Under the pieces are notes generated by a model. The model was not told the origin of the DNA, ran no database searches, and was given only the letters and a program-made list of their open reading frames with translations. Source: Octopus sinensis (Eukaryota). From it: DNA of 64,000 bases. Of the stretch, positions 1 to 12,457 are shown piece by piece. Numbering within the stretch: position 1 is the stretch's first letter; each line of letters opens with the position of its first letter. Location of the stretch: positions 32,860,001 through 32,924,000 of the forward strand of contig NC_043005.1 of assembly GCF_006345805.1 (NCBI RefSeq), in the 5' to 3' direction. The translations under genes were made by a program, and so were the position numbers.

Positions 1-52
1 GTGCCCAGTAGTGCAATTTTCTGTATGTTATATGTGTTTGTAAGTCCTGGTG

Positions 53-53
<1 letters not shown>

Positions 54-134
<81 letters not shown>

Positions 135-135
135 A
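54..135. repeat. (TAT)n-(TAG)n compound microsatellite
   Basis: Direct reading of the sequence. Confidence 0.95.
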
Positions 136-238
136 TTTGACATACACAGGAACGATTTCTACAATGGCTAGCACCTGGAGGTGGTGAGGAGCATCACTAT
201 TGAGAAAATATATCGAATTCTATAAAGTTATGAATGTA

Positions 239-312
<74 letters not shown>

Positions 313-379
313 TGTGTAACATTATTGTTAGTGACAATCGTGTCACATAGCTGAACGTGTAACAAGTTCATTTCGAAAT

Positions 380-500
380 CACAGGACCCCAGGTTCGAAC
401 CTACTGCATTGTATCTTTGGTAAATGTCTTTTACTGTAGCCTTCGGTCTACCCAAACCTAGTTAATGTCATTTATGAGACGGAAAGTGTGTGGAAGCTTG
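380..500 (+). mobile_element. Decayed SINE fragment (family of 2628-3065)
   Basis: GGTTCGAACC B-box followed by 'aaatgtcttttactgtagccttcggtc', similar to the other copies. Confidence 0.5.
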
Positions 501-1153
501 TTGAATGGATTGTATCTGAAATTAACAAGGACCACCGTTCGCACACAATCTGGGTCACACTGATTCTGTCGGAAAATTCTGTTTAGGATACACAGGCTTG
601 TCCGATGTTCTATTATCAAAGACGTCAATTCAATAAGCAGGTTTAGTACTCACCGTGGAGATCGACGGAGATCCATCAAATATTTTGACTTTTATTACCA
701 GAGATGAAGGACGGGGGAGTGTTATAATGGTGTTGTCTTTGTTAATCATCAATATACTTGTAGTGGTATAAGGTCTGTTGCTTAACCTCAGTCCTGATCA
801 AGTACACCTACGACATACATAGCTTATATTCGCGGCCATCTCGTAAATTCAGGGCAATATTGTCAAATATGATGCGAAGACTTTGTTGCATCTCGGGAGG
901 GTCATTTTGCCAATAAATATATAGACGCACTGGTTCTACATTTTTAACTGTCAATTGCCAATAGGTTAACCATTTAACCAATTAACCTCTCGCTTGTTTA
1001 GTTAACTGCTCAGTCAATCAAGCAGTCAGTTACTGCAGATCATAGACCTACATTAGAGAGGGTATGTCATTGAAGAGGTCGCAAATCGGCAACGAAAGGA
1101 GTTTCACAAACAAAACATATGGATTGAATCCTCGAACGCTTAATCAAATAATC

Positions 1154-1527
1154 GGAGGCGCAATGGCCCAGTGGTTAAGGCAGCGGACTCGCGGTCGTAG
1201 GATCGCGGTTTCAATTCCCAGACCGGGCGTTATGAGTGTTTATTGAGCGAAAACACCTAAAGCTCCACGAGGCTTCGGCAGGTGATCCCTGCTGTACTCT
1301 TTCACCACAACTTTCTCTCACCCTTACTTCCTGTTTCTGTTGTACCTGTATTTCAAAGGGCCGGCCTTGTCACTCTCTGTGTCACGCTGAATATCCCCGA
1401 GAACTACGTTAAGGGTACACGTGTCTGTGGAGTGCTCAGCCACTTACACGTTAATTTCACGAGCAGGCTGTTCCGTTGATCGGATCAACCGGAACCCTCA
1501 TCGTCGTAACCGACGGAGTGCTTCCAC
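1154..1527 (+). mobile_element. Full-length tRNA-derived SINE with 12-bp TSD
   Basis: tRNA-like head GGCGCAATGGCCCAGTGGTTAAGGC...GGTTTCAATTCC with A and B boxes; TSD AATCAAATAATC at 1142-1153 and 1528-1539. Confidence 0.9.
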
Positions 1528-1779
1528 AATCAAATAATCAATTATCTAATTAGTTAAATGTTATCAAATTCACAAATAAACAATAAAGAAATGAAATAGA
1601 ACCACGTGTGTGCTTATTATTGGTAAAATGATCCTACTAAGGTAAATACATAATCTATTTCAACACACAAGATCTTGCAAACCAAATGCAAAACGAAATA
1701 TGCGAAGATTTCGCGGATATTTCTAGCAGGTCAATTGTCTACGTAAAGTTTCCCCTGCTATCCGTGGTGGTAGCAACGG

Positions 1780-2170
1780 CGGTGGCTGTGGTGGTGGTGA
1801 TAGTAATGGTAGTATTGGCGGTGCGTTGGGGGGGGGGGGATAACACTGACTGTAGTGGTGGTAGTGCTGCTGCTGCTACCATCAGGCAGGCGAAATGAGC
1901 AGCTGTGAAAACAAAATGAATTGTTTGTAGAGAACATGATAATGATGATGACGACGACGACGATGGTGATGGTGATGATGATGATGATGATGCTGATGGT
2001 GGTGGTGATAACGATGACGATGATGATGATGGTGGTGCTGGAGGTGGTGACGACGACGACGACGACAACAACAACAACGATGAGGATGATGATAATGACA
2101 ACTATGAGATGATCTTTGTGGTGGAGATATAGTCAGTGGCACTGATGGTGACGAAGGCGATAATGATGAT
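1780..2170. repeat. Mixed trinucleotide low-complexity tract (GGT/GAT/GAC/AAC)
   Basis: Direct reading of the sequence. Confidence 0.9.
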
Positions 2171-2365
2171 GTCAGTATCGAGAATTCAAATTTTTCCCGT
2201 AGGTCTGTTGAACAACTACCAGTAGTACGCGGCTCTCGGTGGACATTCAGTTATCTTAGCAGATATAAAAAAAAAACACAAACCACAGTGCGTGGTTTGA
2301 GGTACAATCACGACGGCCAACTGACCATCACCACCGAACTTCAGCTGCAATATAAAGTACCAAAA

Positions 2366-2545
2366 ACACCACCACCACCACCACCACCGCCGCCGCCGCC
2401 GCCGCCACAACCACCACTACCACCACCACCACCACCACCACCACCACCACCACCACCACCACCACCACCACAAACAACAACAACAACAATAATACTAATA
2501 ACCTCCAAGACAGTAACAGCAACTATAACCACAGCTACAACCATT
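2366..2545. repeat. (CCA/CCG/CAA)n tract
   Basis: Direct reading; source of the spurious poly-Pro ORF. Confidence 0.9.
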
Positions 2546-2627
2546 TTGCTTTACCTTCCTTCTTTGCATTTAATTATACTTATAGTGTTGAGTATACATT
2601 CTATGTATATTAATACTCTCTCTCTCT

Positions 2628-2827
2628 CATTTACTTGTTTCAGTCATTTGACTGCGGCCATGCTGGAGCACTGCCTTTAGTCGAACACATCGACCCTAGG
2701 ACTTATTCTTTGTAAGCCTAGTACTTATTCTATCGGTCTCTTTTGCCGAACCGCTGAGTTACGGGGACGCAAACACACCAGCATCGGTCGTCAAGCGATG
2801 CTGGTGGGACAAACACAAACACGCAAA

Positions 2828-2893
<66 letters not shown>

Positions 2894-3065
2894 CATATAT
2901 ACGATGGGGTTCTTTCAGTTTCTGTCTACCAAATCCACTCACAAAGCTTTGGTCGACCCGAGGCTATAGTAGAAAACACTTGCCCAAGGTGCCACGCAGT
3001 GGGACTGAACCCGGAACCATGTGGTTGATAAGCAAGCTACTTACCACACAGTCACTCCTGCGCCT
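2628..3065 (-). mobile_element. tRNA-derived SINE with internal (TG)n, near full length
   Basis: Minus-strand head AGGCGCAGGAGTGACTGTGTGGTAAG...GGTTCAGTCCC; partial copies at ~14655-14790, 17420-17740, 45085-45275 and 47915-48080. Confidence 0.85.
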
Positions 3066-3292
3066 ATATATACTGTGTATATACAATGTACTGAGTATAT
3101 ATCTACATAGTGTATGCATACTGCATAGTCTTTATGTACTACATTGCGCATTCATTCTGTATTGTGCATATATTCAATATTGTGCGTCTATACTGTATCG
3201 TACATGTATGTATAACAAGCAAATTAGCTAGTTAGAAAACTATCTATCTATCTATGACCGGAATATATATTATCTCTCTCTCTGTATATATA

Positions 3293-3369
<77 letters not shown>

Positions 3370-3769
3370 TATACATACATGCATACATACATATATATAT
3401 ATATATGTATATATCTTAGGTCCTGGTAGGGTGTTTCTTAAGAAGCACTCAACCATGGATAATCCAAATATGCCAAAGAAATTCTTTAATACATCTTTAA
3501 CTCATTGCAATTGTTTCGGTACCAACTCTTGTTGCAACGCCAGCTTACGCAAATATTCGAAGTGAAAATTTATGCAATATCAGAGTCGCTCTTTATCATA
3601 CTTGCATCAAAGGTGCGCTTTCATATTGTGCGTCTTCCAGACATCATTTTCGGGTGAACCTTTTGTGTATTGAACTCCTTAGTAACATATATCAAATGCT
3701 CTACAGCTATTTAGATAAATCAAAAACTGTCAGTCACATGGTATGCATGAATTTTATGTGAACTTGTCT

Positions 3770-3930
3770 GATTTTCACCTAAATGAACAAATATGCACGG
3801 AAGCTTATCCTTTGCCACAAGTAGGAACCATATTCAGCAAGCTTAGTGGGGCAAGATTCTTCGCTAAGATTGACTTAACCGACGCATTTCAGCAGATCGA
3901 GCTCGATGAAAATAGTCAGAGCATGTTCCT
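3770..3930 (+). mobile_element. Ty3/Gypsy reverse transcriptase fragment
   Basis: LNEQICTEAYPLPQVGTIFSKLSGARFFAKIDLTDAFQQIELDENS matches the Gypsy RT YPLP..F.K.DL..AF.QI motif. Confidence 0.85.
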
Positions 3931-3939
3931 TAGTGTCTG

Positions 3940-4310
3940 AGGACATGCACATTTCTTATCTCGAGCAGAAGTTGTGGGGAGCATCATACTCATGTGTTGA
4001 GAGGAATTCTTTGGGATTTAGATAATTCACCTCTAGAAACGTAGGTGTTTCGTTCATCATCCTTAAACTAACCTTATTCAGGGACCTTTTGAGTGGGATG
4101 GGCTGCTCGACCTGAAGAAAATTCTAACTCGGCCTTGCCTGCAAAGTGATGCGCAGTTTATCTTGACATGTGATCACCATGTCGTGAACATATGGATGTG
4201 ATGCACGTGCCTGGTGTACTCGTATGAGAGGGATAATCACGGTGGCGGTACTGGGCTTCGTATATTTGTATCCCAGTATCACTTTGATGGTATGCGCACC
4301 TCTTTCACTC
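3940..4310 (+). mobile_element. Probable retroposon 3' segment ending in an (AAT)n tail
   Basis: Complex sequence that runs directly into (AAT)n; no coding signal. Confidence 0.4.
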
Positions 4311-4445
<135 letters not shown>

Positions 4446-6461
4446 GACCAGTCATCTACTGGCACAAACTCTTCTCTGAATACGAACCATGATGGTCACT
4501 TGAACAGGAACTGCCCTAACTCGAGCCCTCCAAGTTCCCCACCACACCCATCACAGAAAGAAAAATATAAGAGGATCAAATAGACCCAAAAAGATTATAC
4601 AGAAGTAATATACGCCTATTACTATGCATTAGGTGGACCACCTGAAGAGACACACACTGCACACTCTTATCAAATATGGCGAACACGAAATCAAGACTTG
4701 CAGACTATATTTAGACGAAAACAAGTCAGCAAATGTTTTGAGGGATATCTTCAGAAATAAAGGACTCACAGATAGTGAAATAACCGCCATCAAGCACGCT
4801 GAGGAAAATTACCTAATTATATGACAGAAAGGAAATGAAGAATCACACGAAGAGAGAAACTCTACACGAGTTTCAGTTGAAAGATTGCCATCTGACCAGA
4901 ACACGCAAACGTCTGAAGAAATGAATTGTAATGAACCGGATAACGATAGCGAGGAAGTGGTAAAGAAACAATATTTGAAGACTACACATTTACTGAAGAA
5001 TATAGAGAGTCTATGATAGAAATGAAGCAGAAAATGCTGAGTAAGCTTGTAGTTGTAAGACGTGCCAATATGCATGATAGAGAACCACTTCATAACCTCT
5101 CAAATACAATTCAAAATAGAAGACAAATTAAAATTGGAAACAATGTAACAGAAGAAATCATACAAGAGCTAAAACCAGATCTCACTGAGTTAAAACGAAA
5201 TTATCTACGCAGCTGCCAAGTCAGTTGAAACCATTTGTATGCCTCTTAAAAGACAAAGAAATACAAACCTGAGAAGAATTCCAAACTGGAAAAGTAAAAT
5301 TGAAAAAGAGATTGAAATAACGAGAGGTAAAATATCGATATTGAAGGAACTTATCTGGGGAAACGATGTAAAATCTTGAAAAGAAAAAAGATGAAGAGAA
5401 AACATAGTTTCTCACCAAGAGAACTGCTTTCAACAAAAGAAATACTACAACAAAACGTCAAAGTAAAAGGTCAAAGAATACGAAGATTTGAGAAGAAAAA
5501 CAAATTTTACAAGCAAAATAAGCTGTTCACATCCAATGCGAAAACATTCTACAGAGAAATAGGGAAAGAGAAAATAACCGTTGAATATCCCCCACCTCTC
5601 ATGGAAGAAGTTGAAAACTTTTGGACAAGAAAATAAGTCGTCTATTTTATATCGATGACTTAAAATTCTATGGCAAAGTCGATAATGATCTTGAAGGACT
5701 ACTATGTACCGTGAAAACATTCAATGATGACATCAGGGTGGAATTTGGTCTTGATAAACGTGCCAAGGCCACTTTCCAGAAAGGGAATTTGAAGACCCCT
5801 ACATCCAGTGGTGTTAGATGTTGACACAGTTATAAAAGAACTCAAGCAGGAACAAACTTACAAATACCTCGGAATAAATGAGAGATCTGGCATTCAGCAT
5901 GCAAGTATGAAAGAGAATAAGAGACGCCACGACAATATATCTAGGCTTGTCTATTTGACACTTTGCAAAAAGTACGGATTTGATAGAGCAAAAAATTGGT
6001 ACGACCACAAACCTGAAGGCATCGTCGAAAATAGAAATGCAAAGATCCTATGGGATTTCATAATTCAGTGCTGCCATGAGATAGACATGAGAAAGAAAAC
6101 AAACTATGCTGGATCATAAATATAGCATGTCCAGCTGACAACAAGGTATGCGATAAGGAAGAAAGAAAAGTCGAGAGATACGATAGGTTAGCTTGGGAAG
6201 TTAAGCAGTTGTGGTCGATGAAAAGGTAGCAGTAGTACCAATAATTGTCGGAGCCCTGGGAACAGTGAGCAAAAATCTCGAGAAGTACGTGGAACAAATA
6301 AGGGCTGCAATAAGGATGGAGTACTTGCAGAAAACAGCACTGCTTGGAACCGCTCGAATACTCCGGAAGGTGCTCGAAAAATAAGAGGTGTTACCTTAGT
6401 TCACTGGTAGCGAACAGCTGACACCGCAGTACATCTCCAGCATTAGAAGCTGTACAAAGGC
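4446..6461 (+). mobile_element. Internally deleted R4/Dong-like non-LTR retrotransposon (RT + restriction-like endonuclease)
   Basis: FYIDDLKFY RT core, YKYLG, RRHDNI, PEGIVEN..KILWDF, VVPIIVGALG and LQKTALLGTARILRKVL C-terminus; (AAT)n on both sides. Confidence 0.85.
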
Positions 6462-6537
6462 AATAATAATAATAATAATGATGATGATGATGATGATAAT
6501 AATAATAATAATGATAATGATGATGATGATGATGATA

Positions 6538-6600
<63 letters not shown>

Positions 6601-6614
6601 TGATGATGATGATG

Positions 6615-6673
<59 letters not shown>
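6462..6673. repeat. (AAT/GAT)n tract
   Basis: Direct reading of the sequence. Confidence 0.95.
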
Positions 6674-6679
6674 CCTTTC

Positions 6680-6975
6680 TACTGAAGCACAAGCCTGAAA
6701 TTTTTGGGGAGGGGACTAATCGATTACATCGGCTCTAATGAAAGGCAAAGTCGACCTCGAATGGCTTCAAATTTTGGTACAAGGTCAATAAGTTTGGGAG
6801 AGGGGGCAAGTTGATTACTTGAGTCCTGTGCTGAACTGGTACTTATTTCATCCACCTCAAAAGAATAAAAGTTTAAGTCGATTCCGGTGGTATTTGAACT
6901 TAGAACATAATGATGGACAAAATGCCGCTAAGCCTAATCTCGGAGGGGATAACGATTCTGCCAGCTCACCGCCTT
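6680..6975 (-). mobile_element. SINE copies (GGCGGCGAGCTGGCAGAATCG family)
   Basis: Reverse complement of the head is 'aacgattctgccagctcaccgcc'; same family as 53910-54125. Confidence 0.7.
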
Positions 6976-7279
6976 ATAATATATCAATAATAATAACCAT
7001 GCTACAAAAATCATTTAAAAATTTTTGTTTAAAATTACAGCTTAGAATCTAGCTAGTACCGTAAGAATACAAAGAATTGATTGAACTATGAAATGATCGA
7101 AGATTATCAAAAGTTGTTGATCAGTAGAGATGAAAGAAAAAAAAAAGGATTCATGTGAGAGTTTGTTGAAAACACTAATTCTAAAAATTGTTTTAACAAT
7201 AACAAACAAAAAAAAATCTAGGAAATTTGAAAAACATATATTCTGGTTTTTGGATAACATGAAATTTCCTAGAATACAC

Positions 7280-7363
<84 letters not shown>

Positions 7364-7410
7364 GTCTATCTATCTATCTGCCTGCCTATCTATCTATCTA
7401 TCTATCTATC
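7280..7410. repeat. (CTAT)n microsatellite
   Basis: Direct reading of the sequence. Confidence 0.95.
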
Positions 7411-9639
7411 ATCGAGAAACTGGTCGACAAGTCATCGAGAAACTGGTCGACAAGGCGCAAACATGCGCCGTGCCAGGCCGGACCATCCATGACAACCTCC
7501 ATCTGATGCGCTACATCATAGACAGGGTATTTAACGAACCTGGCATGGGTGGGGCCCTGATCAACTTGGATCAATCGAAAGCCTTTGATAGGGTTAGACC
7601 ATCGATACTGGAGGCAGTCCTGAGAGCGGCTGGTTTCGGTCCCGTCTTCCGCGGCTGGATAGCTGCCTTGTACAGAGGCATCCGTTCGGTAATTCGCGTA
7701 AATGGACATCTATCGAGACCTTTCGACATTGCACGTTCGGTCCGTCAGGGATGCCCCCTCTCGGCGCTTCTATACGTATTGACTCTTGAGCCACTACTGC
7801 GGAAGCTGGCGACTCTAAGGGGCATCCCGCGAGAATTGGGATGCGGGACGAGCGTGTCTGCATACGCGGACGACGTCACCGTCATAGTGTCAAGCCACGA
7901 GCACATCGAGCTGGTCGGTGAGACACTGAAAAACTACGAAGCGGTGACAGGAGCGAAAATCAACCGGGAAAAGTCAGTGGGCTTGCGACTAGGCACCTGG
8001 AGAAGCAGGCCCATGCCGTCCACCAGCGCCTCCGTCGTGGGACGCTGGACCGACGGCCGGTTGAGTTGCTCGGGGTCTGGTTTGGTCCGGACCTCCAAGT
8101 GGAGAAGAACTGGAACGAGATAACGAGTAGGGTGGTCACTCTCGCCCGGCAATGGCCGAGAGGAAACTGTCCCTAAAAGGTCGAGCGGAGGTGGCGAACA
8201 CATACATCGCGTCCGTCATTACTACCGCCTGACCGTCGTACCTTGTCCCGACCCTACCATCACCAAACTACAACGCATCCTCTTTCGCTTCTTGTGGAAA
8301 GGATGCGTCCCGATGGTCAGGCGATCCATTTGCTGTCAACACCCGTTAAAAGGAGGGCTGGGCATGCCGTGGTTGATGATGCGCAGACACGCGCTGAGAC
8401 TGCGGACATTCTGGCTCTATGTAGACGACGGTGAACAGGTGTGTGTCGCCGTTTGTGAGGCACGCTTTCCCGCAAGCTCGTCTCCATGACCGAACTGCAG
8501 TCGTGGATCAAAAAGAGGCCGAGGAAGGGCGAATGGCACCGCGAGTGTCGCGTTGCTCTCAAGCAACTCTGCCGTCCTGGGTCGACCTTAAGTGACTTCA
8601 ACACAACCAAAGCATTCTATAGGGGTTTAGTGGAGGGGAGGTACGACGACGAGCTCGGGGCGAACCTGACGTCGACGAGGAGTACCTGACCCGCCTGTTC
8701 GGGACGGCTTTCGGGCCAGGGCCCATGGACAACTTCCAGAGATCCCTGGCCTGGCAGTGCTACCGAGAAGCGCTACCCGTTCGGGATAGCTCTAACAGAC
8801 ACGGCTCGAGAAACACGGGGCCGACCTGCCCGAGATGCGGTCAGAGCGACGAAACCGTTCTGCGCACGCACTCGTTCAGTGTCCAACAATTTCCGACCTG
8901 TGGGCTTATGTCGAACAACTGCTGTCACGTGTGGGACGAGTCGGTTATCAGCTGAGTCTATCGTCAATATTGTCACGCCTCCTTCCTTCAAACGGGAAGG
9001 AAGAGCTATTTTCATCATCCTTGTGGCTATGGCGAAAGAATGTATCTGGTGGACGACGGTCTGAAAGGATTGGAGACAAACTTTCCTCTCTGGTCAATCT
9101 CTCATCAACTTCTTCAAGTACCACTTGAAAAGGAAAGTGAGAGTAGAGAGGCAAGTTTTGTCTAGCGAATGTTTTAAAAAAGATGGGTGAATGTAGCAAG
9201 AATGGCACGTATGATGACGAAGCCACCTTGAGCATAGTCCTATGAACCCAGAATCGAAAACAGAGATTGCTTATTTGCAAAAAAAAAAAAAAAAAAAGAA
9301 TATAAAATGTGACTTCATTGACCGAGGTTACCGTGGTCTTTTCCGTAGGCTTTTCTTTCCACGGGTAAACCTCACCTGTCTCCCCTTTACACTTCATATT
9401 GACATTTCTGTGATAACGATCCCTATTGATCAATTTTTTTTCCTCTCCCCCTTTTTTTTTTTTTTTTTTTTTTTAACCCCCCCTTTTTTTTTTTTTCCTC
9501 TTTCTCTCCTTTTACGATCCCTTTTGATCGAAACTCCCCTTTCCCTTTTTTTTTTTTTTTTTTTAAACCTTCAAAAGAAAAGCTCTACCTTGTAATTTGT
9601 TCTATCTGTGTGCAGCCCTGTGTGGCTAATAAAGAAACA
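7411..9639 (+). mobile_element. 5'-truncated Tx1/L1-clade LINE (RT, C-terminal zinc knuckle, T-rich 3' UTR, AATAAA)
   Basis: [39 protein letters not shown] and CPRCG..ET..H motifs across frameshifts; flanked by (CTAT)n. Confidence 0.92.
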
Positions 9640-9685
<46 letters not shown>

Positions 9686-10009
9686 GCTAGCTAGCTAGCT
9701 AGCTAGCTAGCTATCTATTCACAGCCCAAATAAGAACGAAATCATTCTTATTAGACGAAGTATTTGCCGATATGCGTAAAACCTGGTCAAGTTAGAATTA
9801 AATAATGTCGCACGAAGCAATGTTAAATACGAAATATTTGTGTATACTGTGCATATTTTATATACCATTTTATATAAATACTTTTTTACTTGAGTTGAAT
9901 ACGCTTTTGTTCTGATTATGGATAACTACCTCATAATATGTACATTCTCAGTACCATTTATAAAATTCCATGTCTTTTAATAGCTCCAATATATATATAT
10001 ATATATATA

Positions 10010-10340
10010 GGTAAACAGTAAAATTAAATACAGACATGGACAAGAACATGAAACACCACAGAGACGACACAAGAACCACAGGACGGGACATTCGAAGCCC
10101 TCAGTCATCAGTCAAGAACCAGATCATCTTAGCAATTTCGCTGATTAATCTTGAGATTGCTCCGATATGGCCAGCCCGCCAGGGAAATCTAAGCCAAGCG
10201 CATTAGATCCCCTGGAAGAAAGCTTCGAATGTATACAACGAAGGACGGAAAACGATCGAAGTACACAAACAAAAATACAGAATACGTGACACCATAAGAA
10301 TACAAAAACGTAAAAACAATAACGGTAAAAATAAAAATAT
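10010..10340 (-). mobile_element. Non-coding structured element between (TA)n tracts, carrying a permuted hammerhead-like core
   Basis: 11-bp closing stem (10088-10098 with 10222-10232), internal hairpin, and CTGATGA / GAAA / ATC core strands; related partial copy at 20730-20878. Confidence 0.6.
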
Positions 10341-10364
10341 ATATAATATATTATATATATATAT

Positions 10365-10436
<72 letters not shown>

Positions 10437-10437
10437 A

Positions 10438-10475
<38 letters not shown>

Positions 10476-10483
10476 TTAATATT

Positions 10484-11018
10484 AGGGAATAAATCCAAAA
10501 TTACAGGGAAAAATCAGATTTAGGATTAAATCCAATTTTATAGTAAAATTTATATAATATTAATTCGAGACAAAACCACTATTTTGCAAATCAAACAAGG
10601 AAAACTTATCAATACATAAACAATTTTAATATAAAGTAAATAAATCGCCACTACAATTGTTTCATGTCTTCAAATGACATTCGTCAGGTGGATTTCCGAT
10701 CTTCTATTCAGTTTTAATTTATGAGTTGAATACGCTTTTGTTCTGATTATGGATAACTACCTCCTAATGTTACATTCTCAGTACCATTTATAAAATTCCA
10801 TGTCTTTTAATAGCTCCAATATATATATATATATATATATATTAATATAATAAACTGAATAGAAGATCGGAAATCCACCGGACGAATGTCATTTGAAGAC
10901 ATGAAACAATTGTAGTGGCGATTTATTTACTTTATATTAAAATTTTTTATGTATTGATTAAGTCTTTCCTTGTTTGATTTGCAAAATAGTGGTTTTGTCT
11001 CGAATTAATATTATATAA
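10484..11018. mobile_element. PLE-type fold-back insertion (inverted arms ~10550-10716 and 10851-11018)
   Basis: Near-perfect inverted repeat of ~165 bp; each arm carries an HHR. Confidence 0.8.
10648..10691 (-). ncRNA. Minimal type I hammerhead ribozyme
   Basis: ccac CTGACGA atgtc-atttgaa-gacat GAAA caattg TA^ gtgg, with palindromic stem III; the plus-strand twin at 10875-10918 has the core mutated to CGGACGA. Confidence 0.85.
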
Positions 11019-11025
11019 TATATAA

Positions 11026-11069
<44 letters not shown>

Positions 11070-11094
11070 TATATATTTTAAACATTTAAATTTG

Positions 11095-11634
11095 AGGGAG
11101 ATAAATTTATATTAATTTAATTAATATCATTTAAAACCAGTAGCCTAGCATACAAAAATCTGAAAAATCAGAGAAAATTCTAATACATGTGTATATTTAA
11201 AGGGCTAAAAAACCACTAAGTGGTCAGCCGTATGCTAGAAGTAGATCACCAACGATCAAACTACAAAAAAAAAAAGAATGTTCTCTAGAGAAATTTTTCA
11301 CCGGACACCAGAACAATATGCGGGCAATATGTAAGGAAAACTGGTGGTTAGTTTTACAAATTATATTACCTGTGGATCGATCGCACTGACGAGCCTACGG
11401 ACGAGGGATTACGTAAGTGATTCATTAGTTAATAGGCGAAACCGCCGGTCTGCGAGTAATTCTTGTTTTTTTTTATATAATTTTCATCTGTCTTGCCCGC
11501 ATATTGTTCTGGTGTTCGCTGAATTTTTCTCTAGAGAACATTCTTTTTTTTTTTGTTTTGATCGTTGGTGATCTACTTCCAGCATACGGCTGACCACTTA
11601 GTGGTTTTTTAGCTCTTTAAATATACTTATGTAT
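11095..11634. mobile_element. Non-coding fold-back mini-element with a central hammerhead
   Basis: Inverted arms ~11183-11327 and 11493-11634; HHR in the spacer; (TA)n and (CA)n flanks. Confidence 0.8.
11381..11455 (+). ncRNA. Type I hammerhead ribozyme with extended loop II
   Basis: tcgca CTGACGA gccta...taggc GAAA ccgccgg TC^ tgcga; canonical core, all three stems pair. Confidence 0.88.
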
Positions 11635-11639
11635 ATATA

Positions 11640-11734
<95 letters not shown>

Positions 11735-11744
11735 GTATATATAA

Positions 11745-11940
11745 GGGGTCGGCGGGCTGGCAGAATCGTTACCATGCCGGGTAAAAATGTTTAGTGGCCT
11801 TTTGTCCGTCTTTACGTTTAAGTTCCACCCAGGTCGACACTTTACCTTTCATCTTCTTAGGTCTGGTAAAATATGTACCTGTTGAGTACTGGGATTCCGC
11901 CTACCCCCGAAATTACTGACCTTGTGCCAAAGTCTGGAAC
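11745..11940 (+). mobile_element. SINE (GGCGGCGAGCTGGCAGAATCG family), decayed
   Basis: Similar to 53910-54125; further copies at ~37330-37490, 38060-38265, 54940-55150, 61080-61175 and 63590-63760. Confidence 0.75.
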
Positions 11941-12329
11941 TTTTTATATATATGCGTATGTAATGGAACAATTAAAAGATATAATTCATAATATGGAATT
12001 TCATAATTGACACTAAGAATACCAGGTTGGCATCTGTTTAATGTTTTCCTTAACAAGAGACTTCGTACATATGGAGAAATCTTTACATTTAATTATCTTC
12101 ACGTTTGGGAGTCTCGGTTTGCGAAGAGATATTTTCTGTTAGTTGTTTTATTCGCTATATAATTTTAGATAATATAATGCGAAACCTGCACCGTGTTCCA
12201 ATGGAAACAGTAACTTGGCTTCAGTATGTGTTTTGATGTTAAAAAGAGCAATAGTTTCATCGGCAAATTATGTTACAATGTATTCGTCGTTGTCGTCATC
12301 TTCTTTCTCCCTCTCTCTCTCTCCCTCAT

Positions 12330-12422
<93 letters not shown>

Positions 12423-12423
12423 G

Positions 12424-12457
<34 letters not shown>

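Noticed and set aside
1154-1230. Functional tRNA gene (also at 41144)
   Set aside because: Acceptor, anticodon and T stems pair poorly, and the sequence continues into a SINE body bounded by TSDs.
1686-2680. Poly-Pro/Ser/His/Val ORFs (formin- or extensin-like appearance)
   Set aside because: They are translations of trinucleotide microsatellites, open in several frames, with no domain content.
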